NCBI GenBank assembly: GCA_965263355.1
Contig: CBDHHL010000032.1
Coordinates: 672,001-736,000 of the forward strand
Length of the DNA stretch: 64,000 nt
DNA from: Leptolyngbyaceae cyanobacterium
GTDB lineage: Bacteria; Cyanobacteriota; Cyanobacteriia; Phormidesmidales; Phormidesmidaceae
Direction of reading: 5' to 3'
A program made the position numbers and the translations under genes. Shown one piece after another: positions 40,152 to 50,409 of the stretch. The notes below the pieces were generated by a model that ran no database searches, was not told the origin of the DNA, and saw only the letters and a list, made by a program, of their open reading frames with translations. Numbering within the stretch: position 1 is the stretch's first letter; every line of letters starts with the position of its first letter.

Positions 40152-41756
40152 ATGCTAGGAGAGTTGTTTACTAAGGCCACTCAGGGCAGGTATAGGATAT
40201 TACACCTAACCTGGTTCGCCTTTTTCCTGTCGTTTGTGGTGTGGTTCAACTATCCACCATTTAAGACGACAATTGTTCAAGAGTTTGGATTGACACCTGG
40301 TCAAGCCGGCACGATTGGTCTGTGTAACGTAGCTTTGACGGTTCCTGCCCGAATCATCATTGGTATGTTGTTAGATCGCTATGGTCCTCGTCTAACCTAT
40401 TCTTTGCTGCTAATTTATGCAGCAATTCCCTGTATTATCTTTGCCTCTGCACAGAGCTTCAATCAGTTAGTGATTGGTCGTCTGTTGATGGGTATTGTGG
40501 GTGCAGGTTTTGTAATTGGTATCCGCATGACGGCTGAATGGTTCCCTCCCAAGGAAGTGGGAACTGCAGAAGGTATTTACGGTGGTTGGGGTAACTTTGG
40601 TTCCGCCTTCTCCGCCTTTACTATGGTTATCTTTGGTGTTGCGCTGACCTTCTTGCCCGGTGCGTTCAATTTTGGTGAGCCTCAAACATTTAAAATTTTG
40701 TTCTTCCCTGCATTTGAAACAGCAGTGTTGAACTGGAGATGGGCCATTGCTGGTAGTGGTATTGTTGCTGCTTTATACGGTACGTTCTACTACTTCAACG
40801 TAACTGATACTCCTCCTGGCAAAGTTTATCAGCGTCCCAAGAGTTCTCGTGGTTTGGAAGTAACTACCAAGCGTGACTTCTGGTTCTTGATGCTAATGAA
40901 TGTGCCTCTGACAGGCATTCTAATGGTATTGGCCTGGCGTTTGCAAAAGGTTGGTTTTCTTAGTCCGGCAGCGATGTACATCGCCATTATCTTCCTAATT
41001 GGTTTGTATTTGTTCCAGGCATATAACTGCTGGAGTGTGAACAAAGACCTGTTGTCTGGAGCTAAGGTTTACTCTGCTGAAGACCGCTATCGCTTTAAGC
41101 AGGTAGCTATTTTAGAGTTGACTTATATTGTTAACTTTGGTTCTGAGCTAGCAGTGGTAACCATTCTGCCTGCGTTCTTTGAGGGCACCTTTGGCCTTGA
41201 CAAGGCAACTGCAGGTATCATCGCCTCCAGTTACGCGTTTATGAACCTGATGTCTCGTCCCGGCGGCGGTATCATCTCCGACAAGATGGGTAGCCGTAAG
41301 TGGACCATGGTTGTTCTGACAGCTGGTATGGGTATTGGCTATTTATTGATGAGTACTGTAAATAGTGCTTGGCCATTACCTCTGGCAGTGATTCTGACCA
41401 TGGCTTGCTCCTTCTTTGTACAGGCATCTGAAGGATCTACCTTTGCGATTGTGCCTTTAGTTAAGCGTCGTGTGACTGGTCAGATTGCAGGTAACGTGGG
41501 TGCTTACGGTAACGTGGGTGCGGTCGCTTACTTGACGACTCGCCTGTTGCTTGTGGATGCAGCTGTAGCAGCTGCCGGTGAGGGTGGTACTCCCAACATG
41601 GCTGCCGTTAACTCTGGTTTCTTCCAGGTGCTAGGCATTACGGGTCTAATTGTTGCCTTTATCTGCGTCTTCTTCTTGGATGAGCCTAAGGGGTCATTCG
41701 CTGAAGCCCATGAAGGCGAAGATATATCTGTTCCAGATGCTTCCTACGCCAGCTAA
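40152..41756 (+). CDS. nrtP: MFS nitrate/nitrite permease NrtP (NarK family)
   Basis: LHLTWFAFF, AEGIYGGWGNFG, FGSELAV, GNVGAYGNVGA nitrate-signature motifs. Confidence 0.95.
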   Translation: MLGELFTKATQGRYRILHLTWFAFFLSFVVWFNYPPFKTTIVQEFGLTPGQAGTIGLCNVALTVPARIIIGMLLDRYGPRLTYSLLLIYAAIPCIIFASAQSFNQLVIGRLLMGIVGAGFVIGIRMTAEWFPPKEVGTAEGIYGGWGNFGSAFSAFTMVIFGVALTFLPGAFNFGEPQTFKILFFPAFETAVLNWRWAIAGSGIVAALYGTFYYFNVTDTPPGKVYQRPKSSRGLEVTTKRDFWFLMLMNVPLTGILMVLAWRLQKVGFLSPAAMYIAIIFLIGLYLFQAYNCWSVNKDLLSGAKVYSAEDRYRFKQVAILELTYIVNFGSELAVVTILPAFFEGTFGLDKATAGIIASSYAFMNLMSRPGGGIISDKMGSRKWTMVVLTAGMGIGYLLMSTVNSAWPLPLAVILTMACSFFVQASEGSTFAIVPLVKRRVTGQIAGNVGAYGNVGAVAYLTTRLLLVDAAVAAAGEGGTPNMAAVNSGFFQVLGITGLIVAFICVFFLDEPKGSFAEAHEGEDISVPDASYAS

Positions 41757-41807
41757 CCATTGTTGACTCACTGGTTAGTGATTCCACCAATATTAACTCA
41801 ACAGATT

Positions 41808-41834
41808 GGGGGGCGATTAGCGCTCCCCTTTTCT
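41808..41834 (+). terminator. Intrinsic terminator after nrtP
   Basis: GGGGGGCG-attag-CGCTCCCC followed by TTTT. Confidence 0.7.
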
Positions 41835-41960
41835 GTATCAAAAGGACGATTTATAAATTTTACGGTTGGTATTGATTCACTAAATGGATTGCCCTTGTAC
41901 GATAACTTGTAGGCGCTCTAAACTGTTCTGCAAATACTTTACTGCAGTAGAATAATTTGA

Positions 41961-42003
41961 GTAGAAATACTCACTAAGCTATTCTGACTAATATGCCTAC
42001 AAT
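41961..42003 (+). promoter_or_regulatory. Probable NtcA-type promoter of narB
   Basis: GTAgaaatactCAC (one mismatch), 23 nt, TACAAT. Confidence 0.55.
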
Positions 42004-42048
42004 CTGATTTTTTGACTTTATATAAGACAGATTTCTTGTGGATGGAGG

Positions 42049-44289
42049 ATGCGATCTATGGCCGATGGAGCAAAAACATTATGCCCCTACTGCGGTGTAG
42101 GATGTGGTCTTGATGTATTACCCCCTGCTCAACCTGGTCGCCCTGTCAATCGTGATGAGCAAGGTAATCCGGTTTGGCAAGCACGGGGCGATCGCAACCA
42201 TCCATCAAGTAAAGGTCAGGTATGCATTAAGGGGGGCACCATCGGTGATTCTCTCGATAAGGGGCGGTTACTTTATCCGATGATGCGAGAGTCTCTCGAT
42301 CAGCCACTACAGCGAGTATCTTGGGAGCAAGCCCTCAATCGCATCACGTATGAGATTCGTAAAACACTGACAGAGAAAGGTCCCGAAGCTGTCGCCATGT
42401 ATGGTTCCGGCCAGTTTCAAACAGAAGACTATTACACTGCCCAAAAGTTGTTGAAAGGGTGTTTAGGTACCAACAACTTTGATGCTAATTCACGACTATG
42501 TATGTCATCTGCTGTTGCGGGGTATATTCAAAGTTTTGGTTCTGACGGTCCCCCTTGCTGTTATGACGACTTAGAACAAACTGACTGCGCGTTTTTGATT
42601 GGCACCAACACCGCCGATTGTCATCCAATTGTGTTTAATCGTCTAAAGAAATACCACAAGAAAAATCGCAAGGTAAAAATGATTGTGGTGGATCCGCGCC
42701 ACACTGACACAGCAAAAGTTGCAGATTTACATCTGGCCATCAAACCAGGGACTGATATTGCCTTACTTAACGGCATAGCTTATCTATTGCTAAAGCACGG
42801 CTGGCTCGATCCTGGGTTTATCGAGTCCTGTACTGATGGCTTTAGTGACTATGCTCAGGTAGTGAAAAGCTATCCTCCCGAACGAGTGACTGAGATCTGT
42901 GGCATCACCCTGAGTGAATTGGCCAAAGCGGCTGAGTGGTGGGGTAAATCTAAACGAGTGCTATCACTGTGGTCAATGGGTGTGAACCAGTCCACAGAAG
43001 GAACTGCTAAGTGTCGCACTATCATTAATTTGCACCTGATGACGGGCAACATTGGCAAGCCTGGTGCTGGGCCATTTTCGCTTACAGGCCAGCCTAATGC
43101 TATGGGGGGACGTGAAGCCGGTGGTTTGGCCCACATTCTGCCCGGCTACCGACTGGTGAAAAATGACGAGCATCGACAGGCGGTGGAAAAAGTATGGCAG
43201 GTGCCGGAGGGGAGTATTTCTCCAGTGCCTGGTCTGGCAGCTTGGGATATGATGCTGGCCTTAGAACGAGGAGATATTGATGTCTTTTGGGTGGCGGCTA
43301 CTAACCCAGCCGTGAGTATGCCAGATATCAAACGGACTCAGGCGGCACTGAGAAAATCGCCGTTTACGATTTGCCAGGATGCTTACTATCCAACAGAAAC
43401 TGTGGCCTTTGCCCATGTGGTTTTACCCGCTACCCAGTGGGGAGAGAAAGCGGGGGTGATGACAAACTCTGAGCGGGTGGTCACTTATTGTCCAGCATTT
43501 CGAAATCCGGTGGGTGAAGCCAGGGCTGACTGGGAGATTTTTGCTGAGGTAGGCCGTCGTTTAGGGTTTGAAAAACAGTTTGCTCAGCAGACATCGGCAG
43601 AGGTGTATGACGAGTTTATTTCGCTGACGGCGGGGCGCTTGTGTGATTCAACCGGTCTAAGCCATGAGCGACTGGCCAAAGGTCCCATTCAGTGGCCCTG
43701 TTCTGCGAGGGAAAATGATGAGATTGCCTTTGGTAAGCATGATAAGCGGCTGTATACAGACTATCGCTTTGCCACACCCAATAAAAAAGCTAAGTTCTGT
43801 GCGTTTCATATTAAGGGGTTAGCTGAGCCTCCCAATGAGGATTATCCATTTGTGCTGACCACTGGTCGCCTCTATGGTCACTGGCATACTCAAAGTCGCA
43901 CTGGTCGGATTGAAAGGATTACAAAGAAATATCCAGAGCCGTTGCTGGAGGTAAATCCCCGGGATGCTCAGTTACTGGAAATTCAGTCAGGGGAATGGGT
44001 AGAAATAAGGTCTCAACGCAGCTTTGCCCAGTTAAAAGTGCTGGTCACCCAAAACATTACCCGAGGTACGGTGTTTATGCCCATGCATTGGGGCTTTCTC
44101 TGGGGGGACAACATGGAGGTAAATGCATTGACTCATCCAGAAGTCTGTCCGATTTCATTGGAGCCGGAATTGAAGGCATGTGCGGTTCAAGTCATACCAA
44201 TTCCAGAACCTCAGGGTACTGATGAGGCCACCATTAAGTCCCGATTTGATGCAGCCCAGACAAGGACAATGGAGCCGATAAAGGTTTAA
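42049..44289 (+). CDS. narB: Ferredoxin-dependent assimilatory nitrate reductase
   Basis: CPYCGVGC...C 4Fe-4S motif, NSRLCMSSA Mo ligand, [18 protein letters not shown]...HWHT. Confidence 0.96.
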   Translation: MRSMADGAKTLCPYCGVGCGLDVLPPAQPGRPVNRDEQGNPVWQARGDRNHPSSKGQVCIKGGTIGDSLDKGRLLYPMMRESLDQPLQRVSWEQALNRITYEIRKTLTEKGPEAVAMYGSGQFQTEDYYTAQKLLKGCLGTNNFDANSRLCMSSAVAGYIQSFGSDGPPCCYDDLEQTDCAFLIGTNTADCHPIVFNRLKKYHKKNRKVKMIVVDPRHTDTAKVADLHLAIKPGTDIALLNGIAYLLLKHGWLDPGFIESCTDGFSDYAQVVKSYPPERVTEICGITLSELAKAAEWWGKSKRVLSLWSMGVNQSTEGTAKCRTIINLHLMTGNIGKPGAGPFSLTGQPNAMGGREAGGLAHILPGYRLVKNDEHRQAVEKVWQVPEGSISPVPGLAAWDMMLALERGDIDVFWVAATNPAVSMPDIKRTQAALRKSPFTICQDAYYPTETVAFAHVVLPATQWGEKAGVMTNSERVVTYCPAFRNPVGEARADWEIFAEVGRRLGFEKQFAQQTSAEVYDEFISLTAGRLCDSTGLSHERLAKGPIQWPCSARENDEIAFGKHDKRLYTDYRFATPNKKAKFCAFHIKGLAEPPNEDYPFVLTTGRLYGHWHTQSRTGRIERITKKYPEPLLEVNPRDAQLLEIQSGEWVEIRSQRSFAQLKVLVTQNITRGTVFMPMHWGFLWGDNMEVNALTHPEVCPISLEPELKACAVQVIPIPEPQGTDEATIKSRFDAAQTRTMEPIKV

Positions 44290-44810
44290 GACAATCACAG
44301 TTGTTCAATTCGTTCTAAACTCAGGCCAGTTTTCTCATTCAGTCTGGTAGCCGGTGGAAGTTTCCTGGTAGAGGATACCGTCGGTGAAAATGACTTTTGA
44401 TGAAAATTTCGATAACGTTGCCTTTGTAAGCAACAGAGCCAATGGTTTCTACGCCAAAGACGATGGCGGTAGCCTGGCTTGCTCGCCAGTAAAAGGACAA
44501 CAACCAAAAGATAGAACACCTCTAAATCAACAATAGGCCGTCAGAAAAATCCAGGGTTCTTCCGAAGTCTCTGATATGACTTATAGTTTGGGTAACATAA
44601 CTTATAGCTTGGATAAATAAACCTTATCCATGTCTAGAACGTTAGTTTTTCCAGTGAAGCGGCTCCAGGTTTCAACTTGGACATGGTTTAGTAGTGGATC
44701 ATGACGGATGCTCAACATTTGAATAAACGAAGAAATATCAAAGGCCTCACCAAAATTTCAGCCCATGATGAGCTAAACGCTAATACAGATTAACTACTTC
44801 AGTATTTTCC

Positions 44811-47288
44811 GTGAAGATGTCTTCTATTATTCTCGATATCAAATCTGCTATCACACGTAACCCAAGAGTCATTACACTACAAACCACTGTTGAGGAAGCG
44901 ATCGCTTACATGGAGGCCCCTCATCCCTATGTAGTTCCACCAGAAACGCTAAGGGGCACACACATTGATTTCCTCACAAAAGAACTCCATGACGAATTAA
45001 GAGCGCGATATTTAGTCGTAGTAGAGCATCAAAAAGTAACTGGACTACTGACTGCTCAAGACCTCCTCTCCTACAGTTACCAACAAGGCAAAAGTGCGGC
45101 TAGTCTAACAATCGATCAGTTCATCACTAAACCTTTTGCAACGCTATCTGAATCAGCGTTGACGGAACTCTATACGCCCTTGAATTTGCTAAGACAGCAT
45201 TGGATGCGTCCAATTGTGATCTTAGATGAGCACAATCATCTGACAGGTTTACTGACTTATGAAAAAGTACATACAGTTGCATTTGCGAATCAAGTTCAAT
45301 CTGCCACAGTCGTGCCCCCTGCATCTGCTAAGACACATTCCCAAACAAAGCTAGGCCCCAGCACGTCAATGCAGCGAGAGCAAGTGATGAATAAAATCAT
45401 CGCTCAGGTGCACTCATCGCTAGATGTTCAAACTATTTTAGAGATGACGGTAACCGAATTGCGAGCGGTATTGGAATGCGATCGCGTCATCACCTATCAG
45501 CTTCGATCGGATCTGACGGGTAAAGTGATTGCTGAATCAGTTAATACGCCATCGCGTTCAGTGCTATACAGAGAAATTCACGATTCCTGCGTGACTCCCG
45601 AATGGCTTGAACCCTATCGCCACGGCAAGGTTCGCATTGTCGATGACATCTATAAAACGGAAATGACAGTTTGTCATCAAACCCTGCTCACTGACTTCGG
45701 CATTCGCTCAAAGATAATGGTCCCGATTATTGTTGAAAGTAAAATTTGGGGTTTTATTCTGACCAGTGAGCAGGACACACCTCGCCAATGGCAACCCGCA
45801 GAAGTTGAATTGGTACGTCAGGTGGGGATACAGGTAGCAATCTCAGTGCAACAAGCCCAAGCCTACAACCGTGCCCAATTAGAAGTAGAAGAGCGTCGCA
45901 AGGCCGAGCAACAACTTCAACAAACACTCGACGTCACTGCAACCAAAATAGGGGCTGATTTTTTTCCCACCTCTGTAATGCTATTAGCGGAGTCGTTGGG
46001 GGTTGCCCATATTCTTTTGACCGAGCGACATGGTAATACACTCCGCACATTGGCATATGTGATCGATCAGGATCTACAACACACTACCTTTGAATATGAA
46101 TTTGTGGGCACACCTTGTGAACACGTATTGAAAACAGGTGGATTCTATTGTAAATGTGACATCCAAGATCTATTTCCTGAAGATTTAGATTTAGTCGATT
46201 TGGGGGTAGAGAGTTATCTTGGGTTTGCAATGCAAGATTCTCAAGGAGAAGTAGTCGGACATCTTTGTGCGTTGGATCGAAAACCGTTGGAGCGTTCAGA
46301 ACGAGCAGAAAAACTCATTCGGTCTTTTGCCGCCCGAGCCTCTGCTGAATTAGAGCGTCAAAAGGCAATCAATGCCCTAGAAACGCTTAATCAAGAACTT
46401 GAAGCCAAAGTAGTGGCTCGCACAGCTGATCTCCAAGCCTCTTATCAACAGCTTAAAGATACTCAATTACAACTGATGCAATCGGAGAAAATGTCTAGTC
46501 TCGGGCAGCTTGTTGCAGGTGTTGCTCACGAAATTAATAATCCGGTCAGTTTTATCTATGGAAATTTAACGCCGTGTCTAGAGTATGTTGATGATCTATC
46601 TCATTTAATTGCGCTCTACAAAAAACATTATTCAACACCACATCCAGAGATTTCAGAATTTATTGAAGCCGCAGATATCCAATATACGCTCGAAGATTTT
46701 CCTGCGCTAATCAATTCTATGCAAACGGGTGCAACTCGAATTCAAGCGATTGTTCAATCATTACGCACTTTTTCGTATTCTCAACAGGAAGGCTATAAGG
46801 CAATCAATATCCATGACAATATTGATAATACCTTAGTGATTTTACAAAATCGTTTAAATGGTCGGGCAGGAAATCCAGCGATTGAAGTTGTTAAGAATTA
46901 TGGTGAGCTACCGTTGGTTGAATGTTACGGCGGTTTACTCAACCAAGTATTTATGAACTTGTTAGTGAATGGAATTGATGCTATTGAACAACAGCAAAAA
47001 GTATTTTCTAGCTATCATGGCTATCTAACCATTGTCACAACAGTTGTGTCCCCCGAGAAAATTGCAATCACAATTCAAGACAATGGCATTGGCATGACAA
47101 CAGAAGTCCAAGATAAAATCTTCAACCCATTCTTTACAACTAAGCCTGTGGGTATTGGGACAGGCATGGGGTTATCCATTAGCTATAAGATTGTAACAAG
47201 TGACCACCAAGGGCAATTTTATTGTTCTTCGGTTTTAGGTGAAGGAACCGAATTTATCGTTGAGTTACCTATCAAAATAACTATTTAA
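44811..47288 (+). CDS. CBS + cyanobacteriochrome GAF + GAF histidine kinase
   Basis: Degenerate CBS pair; GAF with DSCV and CH motifs; second GAF (GTPCEHV); AGVAHEINNP H-box; HATPase. Confidence 0.88.
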   Translation: MKMSSIILDIKSAITRNPRVITLQTTVEEAIAYMEAPHPYVVPPETLRGTHIDFLTKELHDELRARYLVVVEHQKVTGLLTAQDLLSYSYQQGKSAASLTIDQFITKPFATLSESALTELYTPLNLLRQHWMRPIVILDEHNHLTGLLTYEKVHTVAFANQVQSATVVPPASAKTHSQTKLGPSTSMQREQVMNKIIAQVHSSLDVQTILEMTVTELRAVLECDRVITYQLRSDLTGKVIAESVNTPSRSVLYREIHDSCVTPEWLEPYRHGKVRIVDDIYKTEMTVCHQTLLTDFGIRSKIMVPIIVESKIWGFILTSEQDTPRQWQPAEVELVRQVGIQVAISVQQAQAYNRAQLEVEERRKAEQQLQQTLDVTATKIGADFFPTSVMLLAESLGVAHILLTERHGNTLRTLAYVIDQDLQHTTFEYEFVGTPCEHVLKTGGFYCKCDIQDLFPEDLDLVDLGVESYLGFAMQDSQGEVVGHLCALDRKPLERSERAEKLIRSFAARASAELERQKAINALETLNQELEAKVVARTADLQASYQQLKDTQLQLMQSEKMSSLGQLVAGVAHEINNPVSFIYGNLTPCLEYVDDLSHLIALYKKHYSTPHPEISEFIEAADIQYTLEDFPALINSMQTGATRIQAIVQSLRTFSYSQQEGYKAINIHDNIDNTLVILQNRLNGRAGNPAIEVVKNYGELPLVECYGGLLNQVFMNLLVNGIDAIEQQQKVFSSYHGYLTIVTTVVSPEKIAITIQDNGIGMTTEVQDKIFNPFFTTKPVGIGTGMGLSISYKIVTSDHQGQFYCSSVLGEGTEFIVELPIKITI

Positions 47289-47292
47289 TCAG

Positions 47293-47523
47293 CGCGGCAC
47301 TATGTTTATGTCCATGGGCTGAGGTTTTCTCTAGGGTGACAACATGGAGTTTAATGCCCTACTCTGCCCAGAGGTATGTCCAATTTTTCTATAACCTGAG
47401 CTTAACCTTGGTGCTGTCCAGGTTATACCAATCTCAGAACCTCAAGTTTCCACTGACGCCACGGTTAAGTCAGGGTTTCAAGCCGCGCGAAAGCTGGTAG
47501 AACGCACAGAGGTTAAGGGTTAA
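47293..47523 (+). pseudogene. narB: Decayed duplicate of the narB 3' end
   Basis: Translates RGTMFMSMG*GFL*GDNMEFNALLCPEVCPIFL*PELNLGAVQVIPISEPQ..., colinear with Nar[52 protein letters not shown]. Confidence 0.92.
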
Positions 47524-47778
47524 GTCTGCGAAGTACGTAGTTGCTCGATCACCTCTGGGCTCAATCCTGCCTTTTGACTGATGATGTCTGAATCTAAAAC
47601 ATTCAGCATACCTTTGAGTTGAGGGGCTTGATAGGGATCGAGAATGGTTTAGATTTTGGATAGTGTCTTGGCCCCCGTAGAGGATAGCATTTAGAAAATT
47701 GAGCAAAATGTCCTTGCTATGCTCTGAGGCAAAGATTTTCTTAAATGCAAAGTCGGTTTTGGGGTTGAGGAAACGCAT
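47520..47778 (-). pseudogene. Rpn family (PD-(D/E)XK nuclease/putative transposase) remnant with frameshift and internal deletion
   Basis: MRFLNPKTDFAFKKIF N-terminus; after a frameshift ILDPYQAPQLKGM joins directly to a C-terminal tail LDSDIISQKAGLSPEVIEQL. Confidence 0.85.
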
Positions 47779-48003
47779 GACTCAAACCAAAACATATGTA
47801 TTTTATTGTAGCTCAATGCTCTTCTGTAAAAACTGAATACAGTTATGACGTTAGAGCTGGACGCGATCGCACAATCGCTTAAGCGTATACTCTCAAGGGA
47901 ATGCACCCTATGCTGGCTTAAGATCTGCCCAAATTCTCCCCCGTTCTAATCAAGGGCTATGATGGAAACAATTCTCAAGGCTAATTGCAAGGCTTAAACA
48001 CCG

Positions 48004-48684
48004 ATGGTTGCACAGCTTACAGCCGATACTATTTACCCTGAAAGTGATGGTAAGCCCATGGCTGATAACACCAAGCAGTTTCGCTGGATTGTGACCATCA
48101 AGGAAAATTTGGAAATTCTATTTGCTGAGGAGCCGGATGTGTTTGTGGCCGGTGACCTGCTGTGGTACCCGGTAGAGGGAAATAATCGGCTCTGTCAGGC
48201 ACCGGACGTGATGGTAGCGTTTGGCCGTCCCAAGTGCGATCGCGGTTCCTATCGCCAGTGGTTAGAAAACGATGTTGCGCCTCAGGTGGTCTTTGAAATT
48301 TTATCCCCCGGTAACCGCCCTGGTGAAATGACCCAAAAGGCTTTGTTTTATCAGCGTTATGGTGTGGAAGAGTATTACCTGTATGACCCGGATAATAATG
48401 AGCTGATGGGGTGGCACTGGCAATTAGCAAACGGTGCCGCGACGCCCATCAATGCAGAAATTAGCGATATCCAGAATTGGGTAAGCCCCCGTCTGGGTAT
48501 TCGGTTTCAGTTAACGGATAATACCCTCACGATTTATGCATCTACAGGGGAGCCATTTTTAACCCCAGTGGAGCTGGCACGGCAGCGAGATCAAGCTCAG
48601 CAGCAGCGGGATGAAGCTCAGCAAAAAGCAGAGCGTTTAGCGACTAAATTGAGGGAGCTGGGCATTGACCCGGATACGGTATAA
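48004..48684 (+). CDS. Uma2 family endonuclease
   Basis: YPESDGKPMADNTKQF, APDVMV, VVFEILSPGN, GVEEYYLYDP; tail LRELGIDPD. Confidence 0.92.
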   Translation: MVAQLTADTIYPESDGKPMADNTKQFRWIVTIKENLEILFAEEPDVFVAGDLLWYPVEGNNRLCQAPDVMVAFGRPKCDRGSYRQWLENDVAPQVVFEILSPGNRPGEMTQKALFYQRYGVEEYYLYDPDNNELMGWHWQLANGAATPINAEISDIQNWVSPRLGIRFQLTDNTLTIYASTGEPFLTPVELARQRDQAQQQRDEAQQKAERLATKLRELGIDPDTV

Positions 48685-49033
48685 GACAACTTTCAAGGTC
48701 ATGCATGCTGCAGTTGATAAGGCTTTTCCCGAAAGATTATCCATAGTTTCCGATCCGAGTATTAGCAGGATCTGTTTGCAGTCATTCACCATGTGTTCAG
48801 TACAGATAAACGACAAAACTTTTCTCCATTTAGTGCCTTCAAACAGCACACTGACCTGGTTTATCTCTCTTTCCAACGATTTCAGCAATTAATTCTTAGA
48901 TACTTTATATGTAGTATGTATTTGTCTATTAGTAGTTGATAAAGATCTACGTTTAGTACGCTTAGCACTATATAGATAATCATGTAATACCGTCCTTAAC
49001 TGTAGATATTGAAGAGTTCGAGCAAAAATTGCT

Positions 49034-50151
49034 ATGACAGGTTTGGAAGCTTTCATCGGTTATGCGGTAGAGTCAATTGCCACCAAAGTCGTAGAGAGCA
49101 TCTTTGTCAGTGGCGGTGGGTTTGCAAAAGTTAGTTTTAGATTCTTTAGAAATCGAATTCTTAGAGACGTAACTACTGCTTCTCGAAAATATGCACAAAA
49201 CCATGAAAATCGTCATGGTATTATTAAAGTCTTATCGATGACTGACCCGATCCCTCTGAATTCAGTGTATGTCGATACAAATATCTTGTCTCAGTCAAAA
49301 GGGATTGCGTCCGAAAAGGAAGACTTTTCTAAAAATGAACGAAAGACAAACCCTATCCAAGAGCCATCAAATTCAATAAAAATTGCTAATAAGAAGCAAT
49401 ATCTTATGGTTCTAGGTAACCCAGGCTATGGAAAGACGACCTTTCTTAGAAAAGTTGGTCTTGAAGCACTAAAAGGTATTAAAGGTAGCTTTTCTCATCG
49501 ATGTATTCCTGTTTAGCCGACAACATAGACTCTTTTATTTTAACGGCTGAATCTGAGGTTAAAGTTTTAGAGGAATTAACAAAATCACAGGTGGCGGCTG
49601 CATATCTGTTAGGGCGATTAAAACTTAAGGATATAGATCTGTTTAATTTTCAACTAGCTGTTATGAATGGGGCAAGTGGTTGGATAGGGCAAGTGATTGG
49701 CGAAAAAATAAGTTCTTTAAAGAAAATAAGTTTTGAATTGACTGCTTGCAAAAGCATCTTTGAGGACTTATCGAGAGGCAGTTTAACAAGAGAAAAAGCT
49801 GCTGCTTACAGATCTCTCTATCTTAAACTAAAGTCCCTTACTTTCCAGTTTGCTAGGCTTTACGAGAGTTTTCAGGTGTTCTATGAAAAAATTGAAAATG
49901 CTCAGGAAGAGACTTTATTTAGGAAAAGAAGCAATATAAATTCTATTTCTGAGACTAATTCAATTGTATCAATTTGTAGTGATTTTCAACTTACAGAAAA
50001 TGACTATTTTGGCTTAGTTCAGTACTTAAATTTGAATGCCTTGATATTTAGATGCAAGTATGCATCTGAAGGAATTTCAACTAATAAGTGGAAAAGGTTT
50101 GAGGCAATCATTCTCACATCTACCGTTAAGTCTTCAAGGGTAAAAATATAG
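49034..50151 (+). pseudogene. NACHT-type NTPase remnant (N-terminal P-loop fragment plus C-terminal helical fragment)
   Basis: GNPGYGKTTFLRKVGLEALKG...CIPV stops right after Walker A; the overlapping ORF ends YLNLNALIFRCK...KWKRFE, like NACHT C-terminal helical domains. Confidence 0.7.
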
Positions 50152-50409
50152 ACCATCCTCTGAAATAGACATGTTGTATCAATGGAGTTATGTGTATGCA
50201 TATTGCCTGCACAAATTGTCAGTTCATCAAGATAGATTAAGTTAGTATGTAGTCTTTGCTACAAAACGTTGTTGTCCTCAACATCTTTTGTTAGAGAGAA
50301 TGCATCACTAATACTGGTCTAAACCAGACTGAATTCCTTTCCATGAATTATTAAGAATCAGTTGCCCAGATACCCTTTTACAATATAGTCGCACCGTTTC
50401 TCTCCCTCT

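Noticed and set aside
41490..41523. Tandem GGTAACGTGGGTGC repeat in nrtP
   Set aside because: Encodes the conserved GNVGAYGNVGA nitrate-signature motif.
50248..50263. TGTA-N8-TACA NtcA-like box upstream of the AAA paralog
   Set aside because: No -10 at 22-23 nt on either strand; roughly one such match is expected by chance in AT-rich DNA of this length.
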